DNA of 64,000 nt from Acidobacteriota bacterium. Lineage in GTDB: Bacteria > Acidobacteriota > UBA6911 > RPQK01 > CBDAPI01. The first letter of the stretch is position 1, and each line of letters starts with the position of its first letter. The position numbers and the translations under genes were made by a program. Below the pieces are notes generated by a model. The model was given only the letters and a program-made list of their open reading frames with translations, was not told the origin of the DNA and made no database searches. The stretch spans positions 5,570,345 through 5,634,344 of the forward strand of contig OZ240092.1 in NCBI GenBank assembly GCA_965197285.1. The letters are read 5' to 3'. Shown piece by piece: positions 1-9,332 of this stretch.

Positions 1-1791
1 GAAACGGGCAATACGGATGGCCGCCTTGAGAGGGGCCGCCTGCATCTGAGTCACGAGCCGGCAAGGACCCACCACCAGAAGCGTCGTTTTCTGCCCGTGC
101 TGTGGGCGGGAGGGGGGTCCTCCGCCTTCCGGCGAGACTACTTTCTCAGGCTGGGAGGGTTCGCTTCCATTTTCTCTCCGTGCTATGTGGAAGATACCGA
201 TCTAAGTTACCGGGCCTGGAGACGGGGCCTCCGGGTCCTGTTCGCAGCCGGCAGCCGGGTCGTACACAGGCATCGGAGCAGCTCCCGGCGGCGCTTCAGC
301 GAACAGCGGATTCAAGAGATGGTCGAACAGAGAAAACTCTGGTATCTGTGGAGGAACTTCCAGCCGCGCTCGCTCCTCTCCCACTTGCTGCTGTATCCGA
401 TTCATGTCGGCGGGGCGATCACCGCGGCCGGCTATCTCAGAGCTCTGATCAGGGCGCCTGGCGCTCTCATTTCGAGGGCTGGTGAACCCACCCGCCGTTA
501 CCGGGACCGGCAGTTTGTGGGCTGGATAAGACGGCCGCTGGCCTACCTGAATCACTTTTCTCCGGATCGCCATCGCGACAGCCGGGGAACCGTCCCCCGC
601 GTTCTCATCGCGAGTGCCTATCTTCCCCACCTGGGGCGGCACGGCGGTGCAGGGCGCGTCTTTCAGCTCTTGAGACGGGTCAGCGATAACCACCGCCTGA
701 CTCTCGTCAGCTTCGTCGAGACCGGGGAAGAATCCGAACAGGCAAGGCAAGCCGCTCCTTTCTGTCAGCGGGTGGAGACCGTCCTGCGCCGCCGGTTCGA
801 GCCGGTCTCCCCATTTCTCTACGAGCCATTCGAAGAATTCAACTGTGCCAACTTTCGGGAATCGCTGGAAGGTGTGCTGGCAGAAGAAGATTTCGATCTG
901 GTTCATTTCGAGTGGACCCAGATGGCTCAGTATGCCGATATGTTTCCCGGCGTTCCCAAGCTGGTGACTGAAATCGAGGTGAATTACGCAGCTCACCACA
1001 GTCTGGTGGCAGTGGAGACGAATCCGCTGAAGCGGCTGCGGCTCTACTACAATACCCTGCAGACGCTTCACCGCGAGCTTCAGATGTGCCGCAGGACGGA
1101 CGGAGTTGTCTGCGTGACCGACACCGACGCAGCTTTCCTGGCGGGGTACGTCCCCGATTCCAGGCTTCACGTCGTGCACACCGGCGTGGATACCGGCTAC
1201 TTTACGCCGGGAGCACCTGATCAGATTGAACCCGACTCGGTGGTATACATTGGAGCCTTCCGTCATGAGCCCAATGTGGATGCCATGCTGTATTTTCGGC
1301 GTGAGATCTTTCCTCTACTGCTGGAGGCCAGACCCACGACGCATCTGTACATCGTGGGCTCCTCCCCTCCGCCTGAGATCAGACGTCTGGAGAAGCACCC
1401 CAACGTCACGGTGACCGGTTTCGTGGAGGATATCCGCGAGTACTACCATCGGGCACAGGTCGTCATCGTACCCCTTCGGACGGGAGTGGGAATCCGCGGC
1501 AAAATCCTGGAGGGCTGGGCCGCTGAAAAGGCCATGGTGGCGACTTCGCTTGCCTGCATGGGCATCCGGGCCGGCCATGGAGAGAATATCCTGATTGCAG
1601 ATGACCCGGCCGAATTTGCTCTCTGGACGCTGGCCCTGTTGCGCGATCCCGAGCATTGCCGGCGGCTGGGAGCGGCCGGTCGCAGAACCGCCGTTCGATA
1701 CTACGAATGGGACGACCTGGGACGCCAACTCTCCACCCTTTACGAGAGCATCGCCGGTGGGAACTCCGATCACAGGGAAAAGAGAGCTTGA
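1..1791 (+). CDS. Glycosyltransferase, GT2 C-terminal part fused to a GT4 (Glyco_trans_1/4-like) domain; 5' end lies outside the window
   Basis: Frame is open from base 1 (ETGNTDGRL...). GT2 motif GGF...F...YVEDTDLSYRAWRRG; GT4 motifs HGGAGRV, YIGAFRHEPNVDA, VPLRTGVGIRGKILEGWA. Confidence 0.85.
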   Translation, partial: ETGNTDGRLERGRLHLSHEPARTHHQKRRFLPVLWAGGGSSAFRRDYFLRLGGFASIFSPCYVEDTDLSYRAWRRGLRVLFAAGSRVVHRHRSSSRRRFSEQRIQEMVEQRKLWYLWRNFQPRSLLSHLLLYPIHVGGAITAAGYLRALIRAPGALISRAGEPTRRYRDRQFVGWIRRPLAYLNHFSPDRHRDSRGTVPRVLIASAYLPHLGRHGGAGRVFQLLRRVSDNHRLTLVSFVETGEESEQARQAAPFCQRVETVLRRRFEPVSPFLYEPFEEFNCANFRESLEGVLAEEDFDLVHFEWTQMAQYADMFPGVPKLVTEIEVNYAAHHSLVAVETNPLKRLRLYYNTLQTLHRELQMCRRTDGVVCVTDTDAAFLAGYVPDSRLHVVHTGVDTGYFTPGAPDQIEPDSVVYIGAFRHEPNVDAMLYFRREIFPLLLEARPTTHLYIVGSSPPPEIRRLEKHPNVTVTGFVEDIREYYHRAQVVIVPLRTGVGIRGKILEGWAAEKAMVATSLACMGIRAGHGENILIADDPAEFALWTLALLRDPEHCRRLGAAGRRTAVRYYEWDDLGRQLSTLYESIAGGNSDHREKRA

Positions 1792-1814
1792 AGTCTTCGT
1801 TTTCTTCTCCGGAC

Positions 1815-3991
1815 ATGGGTGACGGCGACCGCCGACTCCTGCTCGTGCAGTGCTGTCACCTCCCCCAGTTTTTTTATCTGGCGGAGGTACTGCGCCGGCA
1901 GTTTCCAGCGGCTGTGCTGGACGCCCTCGTCATTCGGTCGGATGACCTCGACTTCTATCTCTCCAGGCAGAATCCATTCTCATCGGTCCTGACTCCCTCC
2001 TCGGAGTCTCTGGAGGAGGCGAACTACTCGCAGATCCTTTTCCCGCTGTTGAACCGCGGGTATCGATCGATAAAAAGGGCGGCTCGACGACTCCCGGGAC
2101 CCGCGCTTGAAATCGACTACCAAGGGCTGGCGCGCCCTCTGACGCGGGTTCGGCTGGCGCGCTCGGTCGTATATCCCGTGCATCAACCTGACGCGGCCTT
2201 CAGAGAGTATCTGCTTAGCTTTCCCCACCGGCCTCTGGGCGAGAAGGTGCTGTTCGTACAGAGCTGTCATCCCTCTCTGGTGAACGCGACCGAGCCGGTG
2301 TGGCGCCATGCCCTCCCCGATTCCTGCGAGCTGACGCGTGTCACCCCGCAGTCGTTCGTCAAGAGCATGCGGCTGCTGAAAGGTCGCACGTTCGACTCGT
2401 GCATCGTTTTCTTCTCCGGCGAAAAGGGTTATTCGGGACTCAAGTTTTTGCCGTTTGCGTTGAGAGTGCCGAAGACTCTGGTCGTTAATGAGACCGGAGA
2501 CTTTTTCTATGCCACGCGGGCGGGCCTCCTGCGGTTTCTCTACCAGAGAGTTCGCTTCGGGTCCTCACTCCCGCGGCCGACTCGCAGGATCGTGTTCATC
2601 GAGACGGAGGAGGTCTCTAGCTGCCGCTTTGCCCTGATCCGCCTGAAGTCGGCTGAACTTTTTCCAAACAGCGAAGTCTTCGTCCTATGCCGTCAAGAGT
2701 ACGGTTCGCGTTACGCAAACGAACCGGGCGTGGACCGGGTTTTTGACTTGAAAAAAGGTGACTGGCTCCACAACTGGCGCACCTTTCGGCAGCTTCGTCG
2801 GGCCAATCCGGATATCGTCTCTGCCGTTTTCTCGGGGAGGCCGATCTTTCGCAAAGCCAAATTCCTTTTCCTGCTGCTGTGTGACCGCCCGGTCCTGGTT
2901 TTCAACGCTGCTGTGGAATGCTACTTCCTCAAACCGCGCACGCTGTCCCGCATGCTGGCCCGGGAACCCCTTCGCTTCGGCCCCTCCCTCGCTTCCGCAC
3001 GGTCAACGCCCATTGTGGTGACCCAAACCGAGCACGCCGGCATGGTGCGTGAGTCCATCCGGCGCCTCACTTCCCCGGGACTCTACCCCGGGGTGCGATT
3101 GACGGTCGTGTGCCGGGCGGCCAACTCTTCGGATTTCGCCGATCTACCGGGCGTTGAAACAGTGCTTCCGTACCCGGGCAGCCTGGCGGGCTGGCTCCGG
3201 CTGGGCCGGCAACTGCGACAGCAGAAACCGGTCCTGGTCAGCCTCATTCTCTCGGGCCGCCGGTTTTTTCGCTGCATAAGCTCTTCGTGCTGGCGCTCTT
3301 CCCGTTTCGGTCCAAGCTCGTTTTCAACGCTCGTCTGGACGCGTACTGGCTGCGGCTGGGCACGCTTCGCCGAATCTTCCGCAGAGAGCCCCTCCTCATG
3401 CCCTTGCCTCCCGTAGAAACCCGCAACGAGATCCTGCTTATCCAGACCGAGGCCACCGACACGACCCTGAAGGTTCTGCAGACCCTGCTCGCGGGACGGG
3501 CCGTCGGGCGAGGAAGAGTCACGCTGCTGTGCCGGCATCAGGACCGGCATCAGTTTCTATCCACGATTGAAGAAGCCAACATCAGCACCTGGACTCCGGG
3601 AATCTCTCTGGAGAATCTGAAGCTGATGATGAGGTTGCGCGGGATCGACCGGGACGTGGTAACCGCAATCTTCTCCGGCCGGCCGGTCTTCCGGCTCCAG
3701 AAGCTCGCCTTCTTTCTTCTGCCGGCCCGCAACCGGCTGGTTTTCAATGAGAATTTTGACTGCTTTTATCTCCCCCGCCGCCGCTTCAGCAGCGTCCTGC
3801 GGCTGCCCAGTCTTCCCGGGTCGGTTGACGGTTTTTTGCCGACATGGAAGCCCTTGCTCCGGCAGACAACCAAGGTCGTGTTGTGGCCGCCCCGCTTTGC
3901 CTACCTCCTGGGCTGGCTCACAGTGGAAAAACTGAGGCGGGCGCAACGACTTCAGAGGGCGAGTCACAGCAGCCTCACCCGGCGGCCATAG
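1815..3991 (+). pseudogene. Multi-module protein of about five tandem GT9 (heptosyltransferase) N-terminal-like repeats, frameshifted at the T6 run 3264-3269
   Basis: ORFs 1656..3416 (likely start ATG 1815) and 3287..3991 carry the same repeat motif (QTE...VxCR...LR...D.V..IFSGRP.FR..K..FLL...LVFN...C.YL). One extra base at 3264-3270 joins them into about 725 aa. Could be a sequencing error rather than a true pseudogene. Confidence 0.6.
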
Positions 3992-4385
3992 AGCTGCGAA
4001 CCGGATCCGGCGAGGAATGCAGATGAGTCAACCGCCAGGTGCCGTCGTCCTTTTGATAAATCTCGGTCCAACGGCCGTTCTCGCGTGAGAGCTTGCCGTT
4101 TGACTGGTGAGCCAGGAGATACTGGGAGGTAATCCAGGCGACGTCGTCCTTCACCTCTATTTGAATGTTTGAAGTGAAGAAGGCCAGCTCGGCCAGCTTT
4201 CCGAAGTACTGCTGCAGAGTATTCTCGAAAGTCTTGAAGTCAGAAAACCGGGGCGGGGGCACCGTATTGAAAATAACAACCTGTTCGGCGTAAATGCTAC
4301 GAAGACCCGCCAAGTCTTTCTGCTCCCACGCCTTGACATGTCTTCGGTGCAGGTTGAGCAGGTGATCTCTCGGGTTGTTCCGCAT
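3975..4385 (-). CDS. SnoaL/NTF2-like (DUF4440/YybH-type) protein
   Basis: 136 aa with AWEQKDLAGLRSIYAE...DDVAW...GRWTEIYQK.DG.WRLTHLHSS, typical of the NTF2-like fold. Confidence 0.8.
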   Translation of the reverse strand: MRNNPRDHLLNLHRRHVKAWEQKDLAGLRSIYAEQVVIFNTVPPPRFSDFKTFENTLQQYFGKLAELAFFTSNIQIEVKDDVAWITSQYLLAHQSNGKLSRENGRWTEIYQKDDGTWRLTHLHSSPDPVRSSMAAG

Positions 4386-4570
4386 AAGTCCTTAAGGGCC
4401 TTGATCTTAGCAAATTCCGACCCGGCTGTTCAAATCGTCCCGGCCGCTCCGGTGGCGACAGGCTCACATTCAACTCACAAAGCTGCCCGGGTTCCCGTCG
4501 GCATCAAAGCGGCGGCGTAGAACCCCAAACAGTCTGTTAAGATACACGAAGCGGTTCAAAGGACTTGGCG

Positions 4571-5404
4571 ATGCCCACTCTATGGTCTGGCTCTCTCACT
4601 TTTGGCTTGGTTTCGATCCCGGTTCGACTTGAGGTTTCGCGGCGCAGCCAAAGGCTGAGTTTCAACCTCTTGTGCCCCGACTGTCTCGGCCGCATCAACC
4701 AGGTGCCATACTGTCCCGCCTGTGATCAGGATCGAGAACGCGCGGAGCTGAAGAAGGGCTACCAGTATCAGAAAGATGAATACGTAGTGATGCAGCCGGA
4801 GGATTTCAGGAAGGCGGAGAGCCATGCCTCGCGCAACATTGACGTGATCGCTTTTGTGGAAGCTGAGACATTGAAACCGGTCTTTCTGGATCGCACTTAT
4901 TACCTGGTACCGGAACCCGACGCAGAGAAGGGCTACGCCCTGCTCCACCGGGGGATGGAGGAAACCAACAAGGTTGCCATTACTCGCTTCGTCATGCGCG
5001 GTAAGGAATACATCGGGGCCGTAAACTTCGCTGATGAAGGCCTGATGATGCACATCCTGTTCCACCAGGGAGAGTTCAAACACGCCGGTCAGGTCATCCC
5101 GGAGCTGGATGTCGATCTGTCGAGCAAGGAGCTGGACCTGGCCGAGCAGATTATCGAGAACATGTCCGAGGACTTTTCCGAAGAGATGCTCAACGACCAG
5201 TACAGGGAACGCCTTCTCGACATCATCCAGCAGAGAATCGATGGAGAAAGCGTAGTGGTGGCCGAAACCAGGAAGCCGGCCAAGGTAGTGGACCTGATGG
5301 AGGCTCTCAAGAAGAGCCTCGATGCGACCACCCGGGAGAAGTCGAAGGAGGACCACGAAACAAGCGAAAAGGAGCCGTCGAGACAGCGCCAGCAGGCTTC
5401 TTAG
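4571..5404 (+). CDS. ku: Ku protein (NHEJ DNA end-binding)
   Basis: LWSGSLTFGLVSIPVRL, KGY.Y.KD.YVV, IDVIAFV, YYLVPE...KGYALL, and C-terminal KVVDLMEALKKSL. ATG at 4571 (the ORF track starts at TTG 4565). Confidence 0.95.
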   Translation: MPTLWSGSLTFGLVSIPVRLEVSRRSQRLSFNLLCPDCLGRINQVPYCPACDQDRERAELKKGYQYQKDEYVVMQPEDFRKAESHASRNIDVIAFVEAETLKPVFLDRTYYLVPEPDAEKGYALLHRGMEETNKVAITRFVMRGKEYIGAVNFADEGLMMHILFHQGEFKHAGQVIPELDVDLSSKELDLAEQIIENMSEDFSEEMLNDQYRERLLDIIQQRIDGESVVVAETRKPAKVVDLMEALKKSLDATTREKSKEDHETSEKEPSRQRQQAS

Positions 5405-5416
5405 TACCTACTTTAG

Positions 5417-6304
5417 ATGCTCAGACATTTCAGCCGTGAGCAGGCTGCCAAGATTCTAGAAATCAGACTGGGCCGTCTCCGCTACTGGGACCGCATCGGG
5501 TTGGTAAAACCAAGCCTTAGAAAGGGTGGGAGGGCGCTTTACGACTTCCAGGACCTGATTTGTCTCAGGACGGTCAAAACGATTATCGAGAAGGGAGTTG
5601 CGGCGACTCACCTGACCCGAAGTCTGAAGTCTGTCTCGAAGCGTTTTCCCGACGGCAGGCACCAGCTGAGCAGTCTCCGGGTCTTCGCACTGGGAAATCG
5701 GGTCATTGCCGGCCGCGGTCATCGCCTGGTGGACAGTCTTTCGGGGCAATATCTGCTCGATCTCGACTGGAACAGAGTTCGAGGTGAGGTCCGGCAACGG
5801 GTGGACAGTTTTGCAGCGACCAGAGGAGCCGCCGAGTGGTACGAAGAGGGTACCCGCTTTCACTCCGATCCCTCCACGCATGAACACGCCATGCATGCCT
5901 TCCGGCAGGTCATTAAACTGGACCCCGCTCATCGGGAGGCTTTCGCCCGCCTCGGTGCTCTCTATTACAAACGGCGGCGATTCGTTGAGGCTGAGCGCTG
6001 CTTCGTACGCAGCCTGGAGATTCAGCCGGGCGATTCCGGCGCCCTCTTCCACCTGGGTCTGGTGTTCGAGGAGAGAAAAAAGATCAAGAAGGCCCTGGCC
6101 TGCTACGAACAGGCCCTGCAGTCCGAGTCCGAGTATCCGGAAGCACACTACCAGCTGGCCGGAGTGGCCGAGACTCTGGGAGACATCGAAAAGGCAATTT
6201 TTCACTGGGAAGCCTATCTGCAATTCGATCGAAAGAAGAGCCTGCATGGACGAATCGCCCACAAGCGCATTCAGCTTCTCCGGGCCGAGTTGCAGGAGGG
6301 ATAA
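5417..6304 (+). CDS. MerR-type HTH plus tetratricopeptide-repeat protein
   Basis: N-terminal FSREQAAKIL...RLRYWDRIGLVKPS...YDFQDL (MerR HTH); C-terminal TPR helices (AFARLGALYY, ALFHLGLVFE, AHYQLAGV). Confidence 0.8.
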   Translation: MLRHFSREQAAKILEIRLGRLRYWDRIGLVKPSLRKGGRALYDFQDLICLRTVKTIIEKGVAATHLTRSLKSVSKRFPDGRHQLSSLRVFALGNRVIAGRGHRLVDSLSGQYLLDLDWNRVRGEVRQRVDSFAATRGAAEWYEEGTRFHSDPSTHEHAMHAFRQVIKLDPAHREAFARLGALYYKRRRFVEAERCFVRSLEIQPGDSGALFHLGLVFEERKKIKKALACYEQALQSESEYPEAHYQLAGVAETLGDIEKAIFHWEAYLQFDRKKSLHGRIAHKRIQLLRAELQEG

Positions 6305-6353
6305 TCAGGCCGAACCGATGAGGAGCTTTGACGAGAGGAGATCGTAACTGTCC

Positions 6354-7007
6354 ATGATCAGCCATGCCATGGAGGATTACCTGAAGGCGATCTACCTGCT
6401 GGGCCAGGAGGGCAAGAAAGTGTCCACCTCCAGGCTGGCCCAGAATCTGGAATGCTCGGCGGCCAGCGTCACCAACATGCTCCAGAAGCTCGCCTCCTTG
6501 AAGCTGGTACAGTACCAGCCGTATCAGGGCGTAGATCTGACCGAGGCCGGCACCCGCGTTGCCCTGGAAGTCGTGCGCCATCATCGGCTGATTGAGCTGT
6601 ATCTGAAAGAAGTACTTGGGTACAGCTGGGACAGGGTGCATGCAGAAGCCGAGGAGCTCGAGCACGTGATTTCGGAAGAGCTCGAGGAGAGGATCGACGA
6701 GGCTCTCGGGTACCCTACCCGGGATCCCCACGGGCACCCAATTCCGGGGAAGGACGGCAGCATGAGCCACGAGCGGCTGCCTTCTCTATGGGAAGTTCAG
6801 GAATCGACCAACGTTATCGTGACCCGGGTGGATGATCGCGATGCTTCCGTTTTGCGTTACCTGGACTCGATGGGGATTCATCCCGAAGTGGAGATCCGCG
6901 TCCTCGAGAAAGCCCCTTTCAACGGTCCCCTGCTGATCGAGCTGGGTGCTGCGAAGCACAGTCTGAGTGAAGAACTGGCCCGCCAGATCTTTGTCAGGGT
7001 CCAATGA
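6354..7007 (+). CDS. DtxR/MntR-family metal-dependent transcriptional regulator with C-terminal FeoA/SH3-like domain
   Basis: EDYLKAIY, SVTNMLQKL, RHHRLIELYL, HAEAEELEHVIS, PTRDPHGHPIP. Confidence 0.93.
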   Translation: MISHAMEDYLKAIYLLGQEGKKVSTSRLAQNLECSAASVTNMLQKLASLKLVQYQPYQGVDLTEAGTRVALEVVRHHRLIELYLKEVLGYSWDRVHAEAEELEHVISEELEERIDEALGYPTRDPHGHPIPGKDGSMSHERLPSLWEVQESTNVIVTRVDDRDASVLRYLDSMGIHPEVEIRVLEKAPFNGPLLIELGAAKHSLSEELARQIFVRVQ

Positions 7008-8599
7008 ACGTCCCTCTCACTCATCTTCGGTTTCTGGAACGCGCCGAGGTTCAGTTCGGTCCCAAGACTGGAGTCATTGACGGTGAATCGACCTGGACGT
7101 ACGCCCAATATGCGGGTCGTTGCCGCCGGCTGGCCAATGTACTGGAAAGGATGGGAGTGTCCCCCGGTTCCAGGGTGGCCTGCCTTTCCTACAATACCCA
7201 TCATCTGCTGGAAGCCTACTATGGCGTCAATCTGGCCGGAGCCGTCCTCGTCCCGTTGAACATTCGCCTCTCTCCCCGCGAGTTCGAATTCATCCTCAAC
7301 GACTGCCAGGCGGAGGTCGTGTTATTCAGTCACGGGCTGGGTCCTCTTCTCGAGGAGATTCGGGATCGAGTGGAATCGGTCCGCCATTTTGTCCTGCTGG
7401 ATTCCGAGACTCCCCCGGACTGGGCCCGGCGCCGGTGCCTGGAGGACCTGCTGGCAGAAGAGTCCGCTGAAAGGGCTGTGGATCTCGCGGGGATTGACGA
7501 GGATTCGGTGGCGGAGATCTTTTACACGTCGGGAACTACGGGTCACCCGAAAGGCGTCATGCTCACTCATCGAAACCTTTATCTTCACGCCCTGGAAACG
7601 GCCCTGGCCACGTGTACGACGGACGCAGACGTCGTTCTTCATCTCATTCCGCTCTTCCACGTCAACGGCTGGGGAAGCCCGCAGTACCTGACCTGCCTCG
7701 GAGGCACTCACATTATGGTGCACAGCTTCGAGGTGAAGGAGATCTTCGAGCTTATCCAGAAGCACAGGGTGACGTTCTTCTCTCTGGTCCCTGCCATGGC
7801 CACGGCCCTCGTCAATCACCCAGCGGCGAAGCACTATGACTTCTCTTCTCTGCGCATGGTCAACATCGGGGGCGCACCTTCGACCCCGGGCCTGATTAGA
7901 GAATCGATGGAGCTCTTCGGCTGCGAATGCTGTGCTGGTTACGGACTGACCGAGACCAGTCCCGTCCTCACGGTCGCCAGGCTGAAAAACCATCTCCGGA
8001 ATCGGAACCAGCAGGAGCGACTCGAACTCATGTCGAAAGCCGGCTATCCGATGCCCGGAGTGCAGCTAAAGCTGGTTGATGAGGGCGGCAACGCCGTCCC
8101 CTGGGACGGAACGGGGGTGGGCGAGGTGGTCGTCCGATCCGATTCCGTGCTGGAAGGCTATCTGAATCGACCGCGAGCAACCCGCGAAGCCTTCCAGGGA
8201 GGATGGTTCCACACAGGCGACCTGGCCACCATCGACCCCCACGGCTACGTACAGATCGTAGACAGGAAGAAGGATATCATTATCAGTGGCGGAGAAAACA
8301 TTGCCTCCGTTGAAATCGAGAAGGCCATCCTGTCCCACCCGGGGGTCCTGGAGTGCGCAGTGATTCCTGTGCCCAGCGCCGAATGGGGGGAGGTACCCAA
8401 AGCACTGGTGGTTCTCAAGCCTGACGCCCGTATCAGCGAAAGCGAGCTCCTAGAGCACAGCCGGCAGACGCTGGCGGACTTCAAGGTCCCAAACAGCGTC
8501 GACTTCTACGAGGAGCTTCCCAAGGGAGGGACCGGGAAGATCCTGAAGCGCACGCTACGTGAGAAGTACTGGCAGGGGGAGCGGAGGCGGGTGAATTGA
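7004..8599 (+). CDS. Long-chain fatty-acid--CoA ligase (ANL adenylating enzyme)
   Basis: FYTSGTTGHPKGV, GYGLTET, WFHTGDL, DRKKDIIISGGENI, PKGGTGKI. ATGA overlap with the upstream gene. Confidence 0.92.
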   Translation: MNVPLTHLRFLERAEVQFGPKTGVIDGESTWTYAQYAGRCRRLANVLERMGVSPGSRVACLSYNTHHLLEAYYGVNLAGAVLVPLNIRLSPREFEFILNDCQAEVVLFSHGLGPLLEEIRDRVESVRHFVLLDSETPPDWARRRCLEDLLAEESAERAVDLAGIDEDSVAEIFYTSGTTGHPKGVMLTHRNLYLHALETALATCTTDADVVLHLIPLFHVNGWGSPQYLTCLGGTHIMVHSFEVKEIFELIQKHRVTFFSLVPAMATALVNHPAAKHYDFSSLRMVNIGGAPSTPGLIRESMELFGCECCAGYGLTETSPVLTVARLKNHLRNRNQQERLELMSKAGYPMPGVQLKLVDEGGNAVPWDGTGVGEVVVRSDSVLEGYLNRPRATREAFQGGWFHTGDLATIDPHGYVQIVDRKKDIIISGGENIASVEIEKAILSHPGVLECAVIPVPSAEWGEVPKALVVLKPDARISESELLEHSRQTLADFKVPNSVDFYEELPKGGTGKILKRTLREKYWQGERRRVN

Positions 8600-8600
8600 A

Positions 8601-8628
8601 TTAAAAATTAAAAATTAAAAATTAAAGA
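8601..8628 (+). repeat. Heptamer tandem array (TTAAAAA)x3 plus TTAAAGA
   Basis: Read directly; lies between two convergent stop codons (8599 and 8636). Confidence 0.9.
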
Positions 8629-8635
8629 CCGGGCC

Positions 8636-9271
8636 CTACATTCTGTTGATTAACGCTCCGACCTGATCGGCCGAGTCGCCTCGACGGACAATATGAGGTG
8701 GAGAAACCGTCAGGTCGACCACGGTTGAAGCTTGCGACTCGGTCTCTTCAGAGCGGAACAGGAGCAGATCGACAGAGTTCCCGAACAATTCTCTCAAGCC
8801 CTCGGTCGTCTGTGGGATGTCTTCTCCAGAACGGTTGGCACTTGTGGAGAGCAGAGGATGGTCGAGGGCTCTAAGCCAGGCCTGCAAGAATTGATCCTCT
8901 GGACATCGCAGCCCGATCTTCCTGCCTGAGCCCACCACTGCTCTCGGTGCCTCAGAGCCGGCCGTAAACAAAAAGGTTACCGGCCCCGGCCACAACTGTC
9001 TCATCTGCCTGAAATCATCAGAAATCGCGACGTCCGCCAGGGAACTCACGGACTCGGGTCCAGGAATCAAGAGCAGAAACCCCTTCTCTGAGCTTCTTCC
9101 CTTAACGTCTCGGATTCTACTAATCGCCCGCGGCCGGCGGGGGTCACAGGCCAGGCCGTAAACGGTGTCGGTTGGAGACAGAACTACTCCACCTTCGCGG
9201 ATCACGCTTGCCGCGGTTTGCACCGCAACGCGGTTAACAGAACAAGGGTCCAGAAAAAGCACCTTCCCCAT
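8636..9271 (-). CDS. tsaC: L-threonylcarbamoyladenylate synthase (TsaC/YrdC/Sua5 family)
   Basis: PTDTVYGLACD, KGR, LWPGPVT, STSANRSG, ASTVVDL. Alternative start at 9286. Confidence 0.9.
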   Translation of the reverse strand: MGKVLFLDPCSVNRVAVQTAASVIREGGVVLSPTDTVYGLACDPRRPRAISRIRDVKGRSSEKGFLLLIPGPESVSSLADVAISDDFRQMRQLWPGPVTFLFTAGSEAPRAVVGSGRKIGLRCPEDQFLQAWLRALDHPLLSTSANRSGEDIPQTTEGLRELFGNSVDLLLFRSEETESQASTVVDLTVSPPHIVRRGDSADQVGALINRM

Positions 9272-9332
9272 AACGGTAGGTCGCAAGTTTAAGGCAACGC
9301 GCGTTGCTCAAAGACGACCAGCAATCGCTGTC

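Noticed and set aside
4565-8599. Ku region as a prophage (Mu Gam-like) or defence island
   Set aside because: No phage, integrase or defence genes around it, and the Ku has the cellular NHEJ-type C-terminal motif.
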